NCBI GenBank assembly: GCA_964187785.1
Contig: OZ076409.1
Coordinates: 77,502,001 to 77,566,000, forward strand
DNA: 64,000 nt
Direction: 5' to 3'
Source of the DNA: Amphiscolops sp. MND2022
Lineage: Eukaryota
Positions 49,560 through 64,000 of the stretch are shown one piece after another. The translations under genes were made by a program, and so were the position numbers. Position 1 is the stretch's first letter; each line of letters opens with the position of its first letter. Below the pieces are notes generated by a model. That model ran no database searches. It worked only from the letters and a program-made list of their open reading frames with translations, and had not been told where the DNA came from.

Positions 49560-50200
49560 TCTTGTCTGTTTTCGTTTTTTTTATAACGGTTTCATCTAGG
49601 GTTTCGTTCACAACGCCTATGGGAGCGTACGGTTGTCTTAACTGACTCCTTTCCGAGGGCTGGAAGCGATCATCCTGATAATTGCCCTTGTCGATTGGTG
49701 TGCTTGATGCGTGTTTTTCCTGAGAATTCTATTTTCTGAGTTAGATGGACCTGGTCTATTATTCTTGGCATCCTCTTCATCAGATATTATATAGCTGCTT
49801 CTATTTTCTCTTCTCTCTTTGAGTATTTCTTCAAATTTGCTGTTTAACTGTTCTTCAATTTGTGTCATTTTAGTATTGCTTCGTTCGGCTAGTCTTTGGG
49901 AGATTACGTCTATTTCATTGCTGACGTGTGAGGGTTCTTTAATCTCACTACCTAGACGCCTGTCAAGAATATCATATTCTAGACAGGAATCTAGGTAGTG
50001 AGATAACAGAACCCTCACTAATCAGAAATGAAACAGAAGTAATGTTATTGATTGTTAACATTTTCAGAAACATTGATCAAAGTTACATTACCTTTAGTGA
50101 GACTTGTATCTGGTGTATTCTCATCTCTATCAGAGGACTGAGATTCTATTTGTCTCGAACGCCTGTTCCTTTTGTTTCCCATGGTGAAATCAACTTCTGG
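49560..50200 (-). mobile_element. Decayed gag-like fragment of an LTR retrotransposon
   Basis: Broken frame MGNKRNRRSRQIESQS...QIEEQLNSKFEEILKE adjacent to the TGTAACGA repeat. Family assignment is inference. Confidence 0.4.
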
Positions 50201-53200
50201 TGTAAAATCTTTGAAATTGAAAGATATTGTTTGAAATGAAAGTTTGGAGTTATCTTTACAATGAAAGAAACTGCAACGGTGAAAGTGTTTAGCTGATTTG
50301 AGTGACTGTGTTTTGCGTGAGGTTTTGTTGAATGATCGTGGGGAAAAGTGATTTTTAGGGTCTCTCCTTAGGTGATATAATTGGGTGGTAATTTTAGTAG
50401 CATGACCATCAATTTTATTCAAATCATCATAACGTCATGTTTTTGGGGTTAGGGGTTAAAAATAAGTCATAACGTCATGTCGCTAGGATCTCTAAATATA
50501 GCACCGTGGCGTCGGAGAACTAAAGTGGAACAACATGCGGATTATGGCGTTTTATCAGTATATCTAATTTATTTGGTCAACGTTTTTTCCTTTTTTCTTC
50601 AATTTTGTCAATGATTAATTCGTTGTTATAATCAAATCAATGAAGGCATCAAGCCATTCAAATTAACATCAACGAACACTATAACCTAAACAATGACAAG
50701 AAAATAGCAACGAGAACAATCATTGAAAACAATTATCTCAGTTTATGAAAAAGTTTGAATGTTTTCAAAGTCTGCAACACTGACAATGATTAGTGTTGAA
50801 TCTTCGTTTCCCCTAAGGTAGGAAGGAGCAGGTTGATCTGATCATCTGTGTTGCACGCCGGACATCGCGCAGGGGAAACCCGGCGACATAAGGGTTGCCG
50901 GTCCCGAGGATGGAACCGTTTTACAGGACGCTCTCTTGCCTGGGACTAGTCTGTAACTGTTACTAATTACGGACTTTCCTCTTGGATTCGTAACCACCAC
51001 GGAAACAGAACTATGTAAAAAACTGGATATTGGGATAACTGAATTTGCTCCAGAGTTAGAATCAATAAACCAAGAAAATGCGGTAATTGATGACAACATT
51101 AGCTCTAGAGAATATCAATCTAAATACATCAATTAGCAGACAAAATTAATTGTAATTCAGTCCCTTTTGATGAAATTTTGAGTTGTTGGTGCGCCAACGC
51201 TCGCGCTGGGCACAACTCCGGGCACGAATGAATACCTCAAGCAGCAATCTCGAATACCGGTTTTGCAGCTTAAAATTACATGACTTTCGGAAATTTTGTT
51301 TCGGCAAACACCGTCGTTTTTTTTGCACGTTCTGGCTGTTATTTCACTGCTGTTGCTCTTCGGTCGTCTCGCGGGGCGCCTCAGTTTTCTTCTGCGCCGC
51401 TTTCAGCGGGCAGGTACTTTGACGAAACATGCTCAGTGTTGCACGTCAGATTTGAACGAAGTTTTGATACATGTTGAAATTTTCGTTGACCAGCGGTTGC
51501 CATTATATCACTCCCCAGGTCATGGCATGATGTCCCTGTCATGCGGAGAAGCTGGCATTGAAAACATCTCCACATCAATTCAATCCTCTGGGAGTTCGAA
51601 CAGTGAAGTGTAAAGTGGCGCTGTCTTCTTTCGCTAATTGAGCAACCTTGAGGTGTTGCTTTTTGCCTTCCACAGAGCCTGAATCACAAACTGAAACTGT
51701 TGAAATCGAGCTAGCTCTCGAGATAAAAAACAAGTACTCAAAAATGCATCTTGAAAATGATCAAATCAAAAACTCCGTACATCAATCTCAGAGCACCAAT
51801 TTGTTAGCACGAGTTTTCTGCACAAAAATTGATTCTGAATCTTCTAGCACAAAATTTTTGGACGTTTAATTCTGCTTTAACAGAGCCCGTGAGCGCCGCG
51901 GCGTACGCGGTTCTTATCCAAAAAAAGTCTTTTCCAAAAGTTGTTCTCGATAAAACTTTCCAGCAGAACAAACACTGTTTAAACGGAAGACAAACTGTTT
52001 TCTGGACACCTTTTTGTTCGGCTTGGTTTGGGCAACACGCACTGATGTCTAACTCCGTACCTGTAAAACGTTCAGTAGCATCTGATAGGGAACGCATTGA
52101 ACGCAAACTACGAACTGCTCCTGAGAATAAACACTGGAGTAAAGAAGGTGGAGATAGACAAAATCCTGCAATTCAGATATCTGGAGCGCGCAAGCTCCGC
52201 ATTTTTCGAATGTCACGTTGAACCTGCAGGAACAAAACTGGAAATTTTGTCAACATTTATGCAAAAACAAAAACGACCACCTTTCGGCGTAGCGATTTAT
52301 GTAGAGTTTCTACAGTAATTGGGCAACTCATCACATTTATAGAAAATGTTTAATTCAAACTTCTCGGAGGTAACTAATAACAAAAATTTCGCGACGTACG
52401 TTTACTACTACGGAAGGTATGAAATCAATATGCAGAAAAATGTGCTTGAAGAAAAACAAGACGCTACAAAATTTCCGTTACCAAACGTAGTGATATCCTC
52501 GGGGCGTTGATGTCCAATTGAAATATGGAATATAGGGGATTTTAGGGGTTTTTATCATCAACTGGATCTCCCCGGGAAATAGTCGACTCCCAGGGCCTAA
52601 GCAAAAGCGCACCCTCCTTGATTTGAAGACTGCAATAACGAACAAAATATGCAAGAGGATAAATTGGGCGTAAACGATAATACCTCCCCCATTGGAAGGG
52701 AAGTGGAGTGTCTTCTGGAATGGATGAGCATCTTCCGACAGCAACGCGTGTTTGTCAAAAGCACGAATATAAAGCATGAAGAAAGCGGAAGTCTAATATT
52801 GAAGACTATGGAGACTGAGTCTGTCTCAAGGCTGGAACAGTTGTTCAGAGGGCGGCCACGTCAATTTCTCTTTGGTCGACGTGACCATAGTAGTAAAAAG
52901 GCTTTCGCATTTGAGCATGATGGACGTGCACGACGACGCCCAACATAAAAGGATAGCAGCACCTTTTGCCCTGAACGTTCACAAGAAGTGCGCGGTGGTC
53001 GACCACGTCTATGTCCATCTGGTTGAGTTTTAGCTGAGCCTACAGGCAACCATGTGATAAAGATTGAAGGGTCTAACAAAATAAAATCCCGCAGATCACG
53101 CTCAGCAAAACGTGGCTTCATAGATTCTTCCAACAAATTTGGCAGTAAATACAAAGTTGAAAATACGGACTGTGTTCCTGTAAGTCAGAAATGCAAATCG

Positions 53201-54910
53201 ATTCCTTTGAGAGAGGCTAGGTAATGACGCTGTTTCAGCTTCCGACACAGCGTTGGCTGATAGTTTCCTCAATTAGTTGCAGAGCAAGAATCTGGAGATG
53301 AGGGTACCCTATCCCCTTTCATTGATAAGAAAATGGAGTGTAATATTATCAGTTCATCTTTCGTATCAATTGTGCAGGGTTGCTCTCGAGACTAAGAATA
53401 TGGAGTTCCCAGAAAGGCAACAACAATTGATGACAAACTCAAAAAACCAGTAGTGAAATTGGTACCACTGTTCTAAGAAAGTGTTTTCGGGAGAAAAACA
53501 GGGCGGGCAATGTTGGCGCCAGTCATCAGCAGACAAAGAAAGTTGGAACATCGTGGTTGAGAAACCTTAGATGAACATTTGAACGAAAACTTTATCTTGC
53601 TAAATCGAAACCCCCAGTCAGCCTTTGCTCTACAACTACTTTCCCTAGTGACTTGTAACTTGGCACACATATGCAAGAACCTAACACGGACACACCGGCT
53701 AAATTTCAAGGTCATTCAACCATTAAACCCCCTTTTAGCCCTCACATGTGTGATATTCAAGGTCATTGAGCCAAAAATGCAAACTTCGTTATTTACCTAT
53801 ATGACCACGTTGGAATGTAAGTCTGTTGAAATTAATGAAATTTAGATTGTGTAAACATGCTTATGAGAACACCTAACCTATGCTCAAGACCCACTATGTG
53901 TTTTGTTTACATAGCCAATACCCTTGATAATTCACTTAAATGAGCGACTAAGTAGCTACTTTCATAGTTGGAGAGCCTCAGCGCGTGGAGATACAGTGAG
54001 AGAAGTGTGTGACCGGTCTCAGAAGATCCCAACAAGTGCAAAGAGGGTTGCTTACCGAGTACAAAGGATTTGCTTTGGAACGTTTGTTATATTCACTAAT
54101 ATTACTAGTATGTAATCTAAGCAAATATTTACAACACTATGGGGGCGTCCTACACCGATCTCAATATCCAGAATTTCTAGCTCAGCGAACCAATAGCGTT
54201 GTGGCTAAGACGATATATTTGCGCTCATGCCAATAAACATGACTTTGTGACGTCACCAACAAAAGAATTGGAGTGCCTTCTAAGTCCGCTGTAATCTCTC
54301 CGTCATTCTTTGGTCAGCAATACCAAATCTTAATACACAAGTTGACACTACGTTGCCTTTGTAGGTTGTTCGCTCTCCCAGAAGGCCACCTCTTTTACTA
54401 ATCAAAAAGGAGTTTTACAGGAAATCATGAAGTTCATAGTGATTGGGAATTGGCCATGATTAACCTGAGAAGGCTCAATTGTAAGTTGAAATAAAAAGAT
54501 TAACTCTAATCAGTCAAACTAACATGAGTTCCAGAGCTTTAATTGCCGACATTGCCGAGCTGTTTAAAACACGTTAAAAACATCGCTAAAATATCGTTCT
54601 AACCATAACATGACCTTTCCAGGCCAGATTAATAATTTTCAAGTTTAATGTTCAACATAAACGTTCCACGTAAGATTAGCGCTAATCGAAGCGGCATCTT
54701 CTATTCCCAATCAAATATGTTGGTAATGTTACTAGAAACGACGAACTTAATGCTTAAATTTTTCTGAGCGTAAAACCTCCGCCGTGACGTTATAACTTTA
54801 ATCAAAATGCAAATGAAATCTAGTAGCTGAGTCAGTTTCTCCTGTTTAAAAGCCGCTAATATTATAAGTGGACATAAATAGTGTTAAATGTTGTCTTGGG
54901 TAGTTCGTTA

Positions 54911-55248
54911 TTATTTTCCGCCCCCAAACAATTGGCGAGGAAAATCATTATCTGTGTTGCGTTTTTTCCAAAGTCTGCCACATCTCCGCGATCTTCATCT
55001 TCACTTGACTATCTTAGTTACTTGTTTACTAGCGATAATTACAACATAGTTATTTCAATTATGGTGGCTCAGTTAGTAGTGGCGTCTGCCTGTCAGGTTG
55101 TAGGTCCTGGGTTTAAACCCGTGCTGGTGCTTGAAATTTGTTTGTTTTCCCTGCCAGTAGGTCGTGGGTTCATACCTGGCTTTCGCCATATATTTTTTTA
55201 AATAAGCGTGTGGCGGAAAATATGCCGGTGCTTAGAGGGCGTCTTCTT
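54911..55248 (-). mobile_element. Helentron/DINE-like element with tRNA-like core (family of 35562-35785)
   Basis: ttattttccgccc...tggctcagttag...ccggtgcttagagggcgtctt. Confidence 0.6.
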
Positions 55249-58200
55249 TTATAATTACCCTTGATCATGTTTTAATCATACTAATTTGGATGTACTTATA
55301 ATAATCTGAATCCAATGATGTACAAGAAAAACCTTTCTAACATCATTTTCCCCTAAATAATATTTTGGCGCTTTTCTCCCAAAGATTTTTCTTTCCGTTT
55401 TAGTCACGTAGCTAACTTTGCTTGGCATCATTTTAGCCTAGTTTTCCCGATTTTCGAAGTAGGGAATTTAATAGTTGTTTCACACCCACCGTGCATTCAT
55501 CGTCAAAAACCCTAGCACAGTTCAGTTTTGAAGCCATTTAGGGAATTATGAAACTGATTCCAACTCTCTTGACGCATAGTTGACGTATCTAGAAAATTTG
55601 ATATCTGAATTTTAGTCGACGAGCTGAAATGATATGAATTGATCGACGTGGTTTTTGATTTAACTATCTCGATTTTTCTGATACCTAGGGATTTTTGGGC
55701 GAGGAAAAAATGCTGCTCCGATGGCATGTGTACATGTTGGTTTCGAAATGTAAAGGGGGATATATTTATTAGCTGTTTTGGTAAAATAACAAATGTTTTT
55801 ACTCCGTAACAAAAGCAAACTCTGCAAGTTTAAACTCTTGTAATCCTCCAACTTTGATTGATAAATAACACCTAGAAGTCACAAAAAGGAAAACAGTGGA
55901 ACAACCTCAGGCGAGTTCAAGACATCAAAGGTTGTGAGCAATACTGTGGAAAACCCAATTGCAGGCACTAGCTAATCCTTTACAATTTGCCACGCAAATC
56001 TTGACGAGATCAAAACGTCACTTGAAAAAGAGATAATGTACGATTTCACTAAAATACTAAACCGAAAAGAAGTGCTAAACTTATTAGCTCGTAACATGAA
56101 CAAAACTTTTTAGCCTCAATTTTGAGAAAATTTTGACTCTGAAGACAAAAATACGTTTGTTGCACCTACAATTTTTTTAATAAGATATTAAACGACTGAT
56201 CCAAATAACACTCCGCTAGTTAGTCGTAACACTCTTTTTTATTCCCCAAAAAAGTGGCATTCTGGATTGTTTTATAAATTGGTTTAACATCATCAGGACA
56301 AAGATGTTTGAACTTTATGGGTTGGCTCAAACCTTATTTTTTCTTACATGAAACTATCAGGACTTGCATGAGACTTTTGAGGAACAGCCCTTGGTTCACT
56401 TCTGCACACTGAAGTTAGCAGCTTCGTTCCCACGGCTTAATACTGGAAAAAATACAGTACGCACCAGCCTCAAATTTAACTCTGTCATGATTGTTTTCGA
56501 TCATCATTGTTTTCTGCCTTTTACTATTCAGAATCTTTGAATAAAACTTGTATTTGCAGTCTTTTTCCAAGATTTTTTATTACATGTTTCGTTATATTTG
56601 GGGTTTTTTATTGTTTAGAAAGTTTTTATTAAAAAATAACTGTTTTTTCAATTGTTGTTATTTGGAGGTATGAATTCAATGCAAGAGTGACATTTTTAAT
56701 AACCATGAAATAACTAGTTCTAAACAACATCTCTCGGCCATGTTAATTTGAACATAAACAAATACCAAATGATACAACAAATTACGATAACGTAGTCCAT
56801 GTGGAAGGTAAGATCGTCTGCACACCCACTGCGCAAGCTATACGCACCACAGTAGCACCGGCAAAGGTTTTGACCTGCAATCATGGTCGTAGTGTTTCGC
56901 TACCAAAAGTGGTGTCAATCTTCCACCTTATGGCAATACACCGTAGTTTGGAACGTTTGTCTGGCTGTTACAATTGTCTCTGTCGCTTGTCGTCTCGCGG
57001 GGCGGCTTCGCTGCATTTTGCACTGCTTTTTGCTGGCAGGTACGTGAATGAAACAAACTCACAGTGCCAGGTCATTTTGAACAATTGTTTGGGTACCAGT
57101 CAAAATTTCGATAGGTCCAAAATTGCCGTTACATAACTTTATTTTTATATGGTGATTTGTATGTATGTATCTCTCAACTTCGCTTGAACACATTTTAATC
57201 ATTATATATTGGTTAGCACAAATACTATAGAAGTGAAGAAATGCAACTCACTTGGTTCTCCAACTCAGTATAAAAATTGAAACTTCCACAATCCACAACA
57301 TTAACCCCCGTCTTTTTAGGAAGACAACTTCAAACCGATCTGGTGCAAAAAAGCAAACTTTGGACTCTGAACAACAAAAACAAGTTTTCAAAAGCCATTG
57401 TCTGGGCACTGCTATGTGGAAAATAAAAAAATTAACCTTGAACTGCCACATTTCTTTTCGTTCTTTTTGTGATTTTTTGATCAAAAATTGTTCACAATGT
57501 CAAAAAACATGAAACTGCTATTTAACTAATTATAGCCCAGAACAGTCAAGGCTTTATTGCAAAACATGAAGGGTATCATGAAAATAACGAAGCTGAAAAA
57601 ATCTTAGAAGTATCGGTCATCAAAGCGTTTGTAAACATTGGCAAAAAGCTAAATACATTTTGATTGTTACTTCTTTTACAAGTTTGGTGGCAAAAAGTGA
57701 GCTTCACCTAATTGAATCTACTGATCTCGAAAGCTTTACACAAAGAAATGTTTTCAACAAAGAATCATTTAATTTGAAAAACTTCTAGGACATACCTCAC
57801 TTGTATTTTCTGGTTCTCTAGACAAGAGAATGAATATATTTCAAACTGATAATTAATTCGTCCCTGGAAGGTTCTTCTGTTTAAAGAAGAAACCTTTTAA
57901 GGAATTTGGAAGATCTTAGAATCGTGTCCTTCAAAAACACTCTCTGTATAACCCATTGTCTTTCTAGTATTTGGTTTGAGATCTTGTTCTTGCATTTCGG
58001 GAAAGTTTCTTCTTAAGAATGTATGTTCCCTCTTTAATTAGGGATGCATTAGCGAAAAGGAAAATGCTATGGTGAGCGAGATGAAAACGTAATCAGTATT
58101 TCCAACTTAAAATCTATGAATATTAATTTGTCAATCTTACCATGTGCTGCGTCGTGTAGTGTAATGTAATAACTCACACCGTCTGATGCAGGTGTCGCAA

Positions 58201-58998
58201 AAAAGATAATTTTCCGATGTGAGAAGATATGTTGTCAGGTGGTTGCGTTATAGGATCTCTTAATTAATTCAAGGGTTCTCCTTTTCACCTGCGGAAAAAT
58301 AACCAATATTTATAAGTGGGTTAATAACCAGTGGACGAAGAGAAATCAATACAGGTGTACCGGGGAGTAAACAACGAGGCAGGTATCCAAACAAAAAAAA
58401 TCAACCAGACAAAAAGCTCTCAAACAATGTGCCTCCTAAATGAAGGCATTGCGCGGCAATAACTTTTCAAAAATATCAATTATGTAAACCTATTTTTCAG
58501 ATCATGCTTTGAGGTGTATAAAATCGATTTTTCTTACGGTTAAATCAAAGCGGACACTTTGATGTTCATAGCTGCTTTATGTCGTTTTTTGAAAAAAATT
58601 GTGATCGCGTTCTAAGGAGAGATACTCGATTAAACGTTGCTTTTGTCACCCAAGTGCTGCGCAAAGTTGCACGAAACTTTGCATAGCACTTAGGAGACAG
58701 AAAAATCAGAATACATTAAAAATTGATCACGTTTATCAAAAGAAATGGTACAAAATTGAAACCTTGTGTCATTTTCTGAAGTTTTTGAAAAAAAAATTCA
58801 AATGAATTCCCAGTCGAAAGAAACAACTACGTATGTGTATGTTTCAAGCAACGCGCGAAAAGATAGTGAAAAAGTACTGAATTGAAAAAAAAGACAAGTC
58901 GAAAAGTTGATATCTGGAACCAACGTCATAAAAAGTTCGAAATATCCTATTAAATTTCTGAATTTTGTTCTATAATGGAGACCTCTGATTTCAAAAAA

Positions 58999-59070
58999 TT
59001 AGTTACTATGAAAAAAAACTGTCTTTAGTTACTATGAAAAAAAACTGTCTTTAGTTACTATGAAAAAAAA
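58999..59070. repeat. 26-bp tandem repeat (TTAGTTACTATGAAAAAAAACTGTCT, ~2.8 copies)
   Basis: Read directly from the sequence. Confidence 0.9.
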
Positions 59071-60244
59071 TGAAACAAGCTCCGTAGAGAAACTAATAAA
59101 AGTGATCGTTAATTTATCTGAAAAGAAACTCGAAACTCTTTCTACTCCGAATTCAGTTAACTTAGTTCTTCCTATTACATCAATTCGCTTATTAATAACA
59201 AATAAAGGCTCAAATCAGTTTTTCTGTTAAATATTGACGGTAAAACCCTGGCTCCAGAAACCCGTCGAGCCTCACTTTTATTAGAGTCATACACAGGAAA
59301 TAATTGTCTGAAAATAACTGTCAAAAAATCTTTTTTTGTTCACGACTTTTATCAAGTCAATAATAGAATTGACAAAAATTTTGTTCACTTGTACCGTTTT
59401 TCAACTACTGAACGCGAAATATCGGGAAACAATTCTGTGAACATAGTTGAATATTTCCTTTGTCTTTTTTCTGTCTATAAGCTTTTCCAATTTTTCATTT
59501 AAGTAAACTCCTAATGAAATTTTGCTTGAACCAAAAAAAATTGTTTTGTTCCATCAGATTGATTGATTGCTCAATCAAAAACTGATTGTTCCAGCTTTTT
59601 TGAGGCAATTTTTTAGAATTCGGTAGTTTTTGACAAGGTTTTCCATCATATGTCATCATAAGTCTCTCGCTTTTCACGATTTTTCAAAACACCATCGTTG
59701 CCTTAAGAAGATGGCATCATAGCAGCATACATGTCATCGCAAAACCTTCAGAAGATCATACGGAATGATGTCACAATTTTGCTAGGTGATATTAATCATG
59801 GGCCAACACGAATTAGCATCAGAAACCGAAAATTTATGATCAATGATACCAAGCAAATAGAATTCTTCAATTCATGGACGTTTCCACTTTCCAAATTTGA
59901 AAAAAAAACTTGAAGCGAAAGCTGCAAAATTTAAAGCGAAAACACAATGCAAGACATGCTACCAAAACTTATTCGAGTCTGCATTATTTGACCAATTTGT
60001 GCTGAGTTCGAGACGTCTACCATTTGACCATCTGGGTTTTCAAGACACCATACACTCGATTTCTAAGTACTTCTGTACTTCAACACAAACTAATTTTGTA
60101 GCAACAGTAAAAAAACGATTGAATTAGTCTCGGAATATCACTTTTTCATCTTCTAGGCATTGTTGCCTTCATGGGCTGACAAAACTCTGGACCAATTCTC
60201 ACAAATCACAGCTGCGGCCTAATATTTGTTTCCAAGTGATGTTC

Positions 60245-60349
<105 letters not shown>

Positions 60350-60597
60350 CCCCCACTCTTCGCTCTCTCTCTCCCTCTGTCTTCCCATTTTACTCGCAAT
60401 GGGGCTTACGCTCAACGTCAGTGATTGAGCCGTCGAGCTTTATCTTCGAAAATTCGAAATGAACAACGATTCAGTTTGAATAACTCCAAATATCTTACCT
60501 TAATCATTACAAATGAGTATGCTCAGACCTGGCTAAGACATGGCAGTATTTTTAAATTTATCAGGCACTCCGACAAGCCTATGACAAGATACTGAAA

Positions 60598-60829
60598 ATA
60601 AGAGACGCCCGCTGAGCTCCGGCATATTTTCCGCTTCAACTGAGCCAAATTTGGCCACGGTGTTCAACTACGGTGCTCAGCCATAACCAAGGTGCTCAGC
60701 TATGACCGTTATTTTAGAAAGGGTCAAGTAGTTTTATGGAGATCGTGGAGATGGTTTGGCAGTATTTGCAAAAAAAAACGCAACACAGATTATGAATTTC
60801 CTCCCCCATCATATGTGGGCGGAAAATAA
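60598..60829 (+). mobile_element. Helentron/DINE-like short element (family of 35562-35785, opposite orientation)
   Basis: agacgcccgctgagctccggcatattttccgc ... atatgtgggcggaaaataa. Confidence 0.6.
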
Positions 60830-61326
60830 TAATTTGACAAAAGCTTCAATCGTACGAGGCTTGGAAAAACATGAGTAACTACTGTAGAAGACAGTAGAAC
60901 CACTAATAAAAAGAATACAGAAAATGTGAGATTAGGAAAGATGAGCGGATCAAATATTCAATTTATATTAACTAATCCGTTTTCCAATCAAAATGTATTA
61001 GGTATTTATTTCATTGAGCTAGCATGTATATTTTCTACATTTTAACGAGATTTCTGCATTCATTAAATGTATGAACAACTTGTGAAATATCTCTTCTTTG
61101 CGTTGGCTCTTTTGCATCAAATAAGTGATGACTACTTGACTGTTAATTTTTGCATCGTTCTTTTTTGACTTTCATCAAAAATCAGTTCACTTCTAAGAAA
61201 AACAAAACAACGTTTTTGGAAATCAAGAGGTTATGGGAAACTGTCACGCTTCTTGAAACAAAATACCTGATACTTCTTTGCTGAAGAAGTTGGATGATTT
61301 GCCAGGCGCTCTGAGACGAACAACAT

Positions 61327-64000
61327 TGATGATACGCAACTTTTGACGAACAGCAGTTACCAATAGATGGTGAAATGGGACGAAGATGAATTTAAAATGG
61401 ACTTACAGTGGAGTGACAGTGGAATGTCAGTGAGGGTTCAGCGTGGCTACGACGTTTTTAGCAGTGTCAGTTTGCAGCAGAAATTAACAGTCCTCGAGGA
61501 AGCAATTTGGCGAGTGTACTCGAAAATAACTCTGAAAACTCAAACTGTTCTTTTCTTCGCTTTCTCTTCTTGATGCTTTCGTTTATAGCTGTTGCTTTTT
61601 GGTAGTCTGAGTCAAATTCAGAGTTGAGTTGAGTTGAGACACAACACGTAGCAAGATTTCAAAGTAAGAAACTTTGGGGGATTCAAGATCCAATTAATAA
61701 GCCGTCTCAAAAAAATCCTAGTCCATAATTTACTGACAGACGGTTTGGTTCCTTTTTTTGAAGATGCTTTGCCCTCGAAACTTATGTATTTCACACATAA
61801 CTCTTGTAGCTAAAGCTCTGTTTGGACAACAGTCAGTAGTGTAATGAGTTGATTAGGTTACAGGAGGTCAGTCATTTCCAATTTTTCAATAAGGCCCTTT
61901 TGCGTGATTGCAGCGAGTTCTTCGAGACAATTCCACTAGAAAACTATTCACGAGGTTCAGGATTCACAAAGTATAGGTGATTAGCGAGACGGATTAATAG
62001 TGAAAGTATTAGAAAATTGCCGCTATGATGGCAACTTCGACCAGGACACTGCATTCTAAACTCCAAATTTTAGTGTTTTCTGTTAAAGATGAATATTTTG
62101 AACCTTTCTCGGAACGACTTGAAGCTCGGCTTCAAATCCTCAAGCTAAGAAGTGTTTTGTTGGACACTGGAACCTTGCCCGCAACAGAAGCCGAAAACTT
62201 TGCCGGTTGTGTAAAACTGGTTTAGATTGTGTTTTACACGCTGAAAACACGCGTGTAAAAACACGCTGAAAGTGTAAAACCGAATCGGGTTAACGTTTAG
62301 ATAAGAACACGTTAAGTCTAATAAAATGCATAACACCGAATGAGACTGCAGCTTGGCGTGATTTCCAAAATTTTTCAAGAGCGAAACAAGACAGCGCATT
62401 CATCAACTTTTGAACAAGTTGACAAACTTGACCCTCGATTAAAGTGAAAGTATTCGTGACTACCTAGTCAGACCTGAGGAACTTCAGCTAAATTTGAGCA
62501 AATTGAACGAAAACGTAAATCACCAAATGCTTTGTTCGGTAGTTTTGAAAGACCTTTCACAACAGTTGGCTAATTTTGTCACTGCTTTCAAGTGTTCGCC
62601 CGAGCTAAAGTCTTTCTAGATTTGAAGAGAGATCTACTGAATTTTGATTGCGAATACAACCTAAAAAGTACGGATCATGCTTCGAGTTCACAATTCAATA
62701 AAGTTGTGAAGTGTTTCAAATACGGCAAGCTTCCGATTGTTTGTTATAAATGTAAGGAGAAAGGTCACAAGGTTAATGCATGTCCCAATGCTTAAAAGAA
62801 GCCGTTTGAGAAGCGAACTAAGGAAACACGAAAAAACGTTTTTCAGGAAACGGAACGAAGGCAACTTGACAACCGAACTCAACGATACGGACATGTTTAT
62901 TTTCACGCGCCTGATAAACGTGAACAGGACTCTCTTTTCGAAATTTCGAAAGACAGTGGCTGCACAAGTCACATGATAGAAGACTAGAGCTATTCAGTTA
63001 TCTAAAAGCGTCCCAGAAAAGAAAAGTATCTTGTGCTAACAGCACTGAGTCTGTTGTTCAAGGTGGAAGTCAAGTAGAGTTTTTCGCCGAAAACAGTCGA
63101 GGAACATTACAGACGTAGCTCTCGAAAATGCTCTACATGTCCTCCGAAATTCGAAAAACTTAAACTCAATCGAAAGATTGAACGTTGCATCGGCGAAAAA
63201 AATATTTGATGAGAAACCCAGGATTGAGATTGAAAATAAAATTCTAAGTATGCAGCAGTGTTGAAGATACACTGCAGATATGGCATGAACGTTTAGTAAT
63301 AACAATAGTATAGACCTTCGGAAATTATCAGAACAGGCATAAAGGTTGAATTTTCTGGACAGAGACGACGAGTGTGATGTCTGTAACACTCAAAAAGTGA
63401 GACGAAGCCATATATGCAAACCTGTAGGTACACGAGAGTCGAGGCCACTAGAAATAATTCTTGTAGGCATTTCGCCCAAGCCAATTGAATCAGTCGACGG
63501 ATTCATATATGCTTTAGCCTTTGTTGATAGTTTTTGTGGGTAAGATGCAGTCTATTTGCTGAAAAGTAAAGACGAAGTTGCATCGAAACTAGAGTTTTTT
63601 CTTGCTGAGCTAGTGAAGTCGCGTAAATATGAGAGCGATAACGCAAAAGAATTCAAGTTTGGTAAGTTTGCAGAAGTTTGTTTGAGAAACCATTTCGCCA
63701 AGAGATTACCGCTACGTACACTCCAGAAGAAACTGGAAATGTTGAAAGAAAATGGAGTACCATCGGCGCGATGGTGAGATGTATGTTAAAATCTGCGACA
63801 TTAAAAGAAACGTTTTAATCTTTACAACTAGAACTGCCTTCCACATAAAAACAAGTGCAATCACTCCTCACATGGTAAGACACCATTCGAAGTTTTTTAC
63901 TTTAAGAGATTTTTCGACATGATTTTTGTATTCAAAGGGAGCAAATGTGATTCTTGCCTGATTTTTAGACATCGTAAGGGTGTCATTGATTACGTTGCAG
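61327..64000 (+). mobile_element. Decayed Ty1/Copia LTR retrotransposon (possible 5' LTR, gag, protease, integrase), running off the window
   Basis: Gag start ~62025; zinc knuckle CYKCKEKGHKVNAC; protease DSGCTSHM (~62951); pre-integrase WHERL and CDVC; integrase PLEII, FVDSF, LKSKDEV and SDNAKEF. PR-then-IN order is Copia-diagnostic. The candidate TG...CA LTR (~61327-61830) is tentative. Confidence 0.85.

Noticed and set aside
53848..54340. Possible solo LTR (TG...CA with AATAAA)
   Set aside because: No matching TSD or second copy in the window, so it is unsupported.

Overview
AT-rich, intron-containing, transposon-saturated animal DNA. The repeat style suggests a marine invertebrate such as an acoel, but the sequence alone does not prove this. 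The main host content is a tandem pair of minus-strand paralogous genes for an unusually short TRPA-like six-transmembrane channel with no recognisable ankyrin-repeat array. Copy B (47565->29806) splices cleanly across 4 GT-AG exons into 574 aa. Copy A (24526->4214) has the same exon phases but carries an in-frame TAA where B has CAA, plus a ~0.9 kb interruption in exon 3, so it is probably a pseudogene. Introns and intergenic DNA contain: a decayed CR1/L2-type LINE starting with a 2A/StopGo-like motif; decayed Gypsy and Copia LTR elements; a decayed EnSpm/CACTA (CMC) transposase inside an ~11.8 kb TIR-bounded nest; hAT-, Merlin- and CMC-like MITEs with visible TIRs and TSDs; several Helentron/DINE-like non-autonomous families; mini- and microsatellites; and one 200-N assembly gap.
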